Below, piece by piece: positions 15,823 to 16,623 of a DNA stretch of 16,623 nt; within the stretch, counting starts at the first letter, position 1, and every line of letters starts with the position of its first letter. The stretch covers positions 1 to 16,623 of the forward strand of contig JAYUGC010000035.1 of assembly GCA_043767805.1 (NCBI GenBank), written 5' to 3'. This DNA comes from Pseudomonadota bacterium. GTDB taxonomy: Bacteria > Bdellovibrionota > FAC87 > UBA2466. The position numbers were made by a program, and so were the translations under genes. Below the pieces are notes generated by a model that had not been told where the DNA came from, did no database searches, and saw only the letters and a program-made list of their open reading frames with translations.

Positions 15823-16601
15823 CCCTCTCCAGTTTCACCCAACGGAGGGAGCGTGATCTGAAATTCTTTATCCAGCTTACATCCTGGTACGACGACCCGT
15901 TTGCCGGTGCCGAGGTTCAGTTTCGAGGTGTTCAATTTTGAGTACCAGGGGTGGTTGCATCGCTTAGCAAGCGCCAGAAATAACCGTTTCACTTTTACCG
16001 AGCGGCAAGCCTTTAGAAGTGAAAAGGCCAAATCAGGTCTTAGGGCAGTCAGCCCCTCCATCAATTGAAAAGCCTCCTCTATCCCCTGTTCTTTCGGCGC
16101 GAGGTACAACGCCTCCATTATCGCCCTTTCCGGAGTCGAGGTCTGGACTTCGAAATTTTGGAATGAATGGGAGGTGAGTCCGAGAGAGTGAGTTCCCCCA
16201 AACAGCTTGGGGCCGAAGTACTGGATCCGACGTCCCCAGGGATGCCGTAAATACCAAGGCGGCAGCCTCACGTTCTTTTGGCCAAAGAGGTATACGACCG
16301 CACCCTTTCCGGCCGGAACGAAGTGGCCAAAGCCCTTTAGTTCCAACGCCGTTTTCGCCGCCACGTGAACGGGGAGTTTCAATTGCGTTTGTATGGCGAA
16401 TAGCGCCCCCGTCCAATCGACGTTGTCATTCAACCGAGCGTAGGCCCCGGGCCCCACCCGACGCAACCATCCCGACTTTTCATATTCGAAGGCAAGCTGT
16501 TGATATACCCCATGTTTTTCCAGCCACGGGAGCGCCGCAACGGTCCCCGCTGGCCAGACATGAAGTAAATGGTTTATTTTGGAGTGTAATTCACCAGCCA
16601 T
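15819..16601 (-). CDS. abiEi: Type IV TA antitoxin, AbiEi family transcriptional regulator
   Basis: SKINHLL..WP.G, Y.KSGWL.RVG.GAY, HVAAKTALELKG..H, LP.W, STPERAIMEAL, GL..LRP, C.SVKVKRLFL and LGTGKR motifs. Confidence 0.88.
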   Translation of the reverse strand: MAGELHSKINHLLHVWPAGTVAALPWLEKHGVYQQLAFEYEKSGWLRRVGPGAYARLNDNVDWTGALFAIQTQLKLPVHVAAKTALELKGFGHFVPAGKGAVVYLFGQKNVRLPPWYLRHPWGRRIQYFGPKLFGGTHSLGLTSHSFQNFEVQTSTPERAIMEALYLAPKEQGIEEAFQLMEGLTALRPDLAFSLLKACRSVKVKRLFLALAKRCNHPWYSKLNTSKLNLGTGKRVVVPGCKLDKEFQITLPPLGETGEG

Positions 16602-16623
16602 ACTTGTGATTTTAGCACCAATT

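Noticed and set aside
15699..15941. 80-aa ORF as a real gene
   Set aside because: A chimera of the integrase box II fragment and antisense abiEii/abiEi sequence.
1..16623. CRISPR array, tRNA/rRNA, exosortase or PEP-CTERM proteins
   Set aside because: No regularly spaced repeats, RNA-gene signatures, exosortase gene or VPEP-TM tails seen by eye. A covariance-model search was not possible.

Overview
Bacterial DNA in three blocks. (1) 1-10261 is a Wzx/Wzy-type exopolysaccharide locus. It holds two tandem GH26-like glycoside hydrolases and a convergent Wzx flippase. A separate, tightly coupled operon behind a sigma54-type promoter encodes a priming sugar transferase, polysaccharide deacetylase, Wzz-like co-polymerase, Wzy/O-antigen-ligase-like protein, GT2, NDP-sugar epimerase and a small predicted outer-membrane beta-barrel. 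(2) 10239-12395 is a divergent pair of genes for normally cytoplasmic ATP-dependent folds, a Hanks-type kinase and a COOH-NH2-ligase/amidoligase-like protein. Both carry Sec signal peptides and share a lone-cysteine C-x3-[FY]-x2-L motif. The ligase's signal peptide is separated from its body by one in-frame TAA. (3) 12408-16623 is a decayed mobile-element mosaic: truncated IS4, intact higBA-type toxin-antitoxin pair with a clear double operator, frameshifted FtsK/SpoIIIE ATPase, lone IS3-type end, tyrosine-recombinase fragment, a 16-codon abiEii stub and intact abiEi. A Bdellovibrionota/deltaproteobacteria-like host is my impression only. No rRNA, tRNA or CRISPR array was seen. All family calls come from motif recognition by eye, not database searches.
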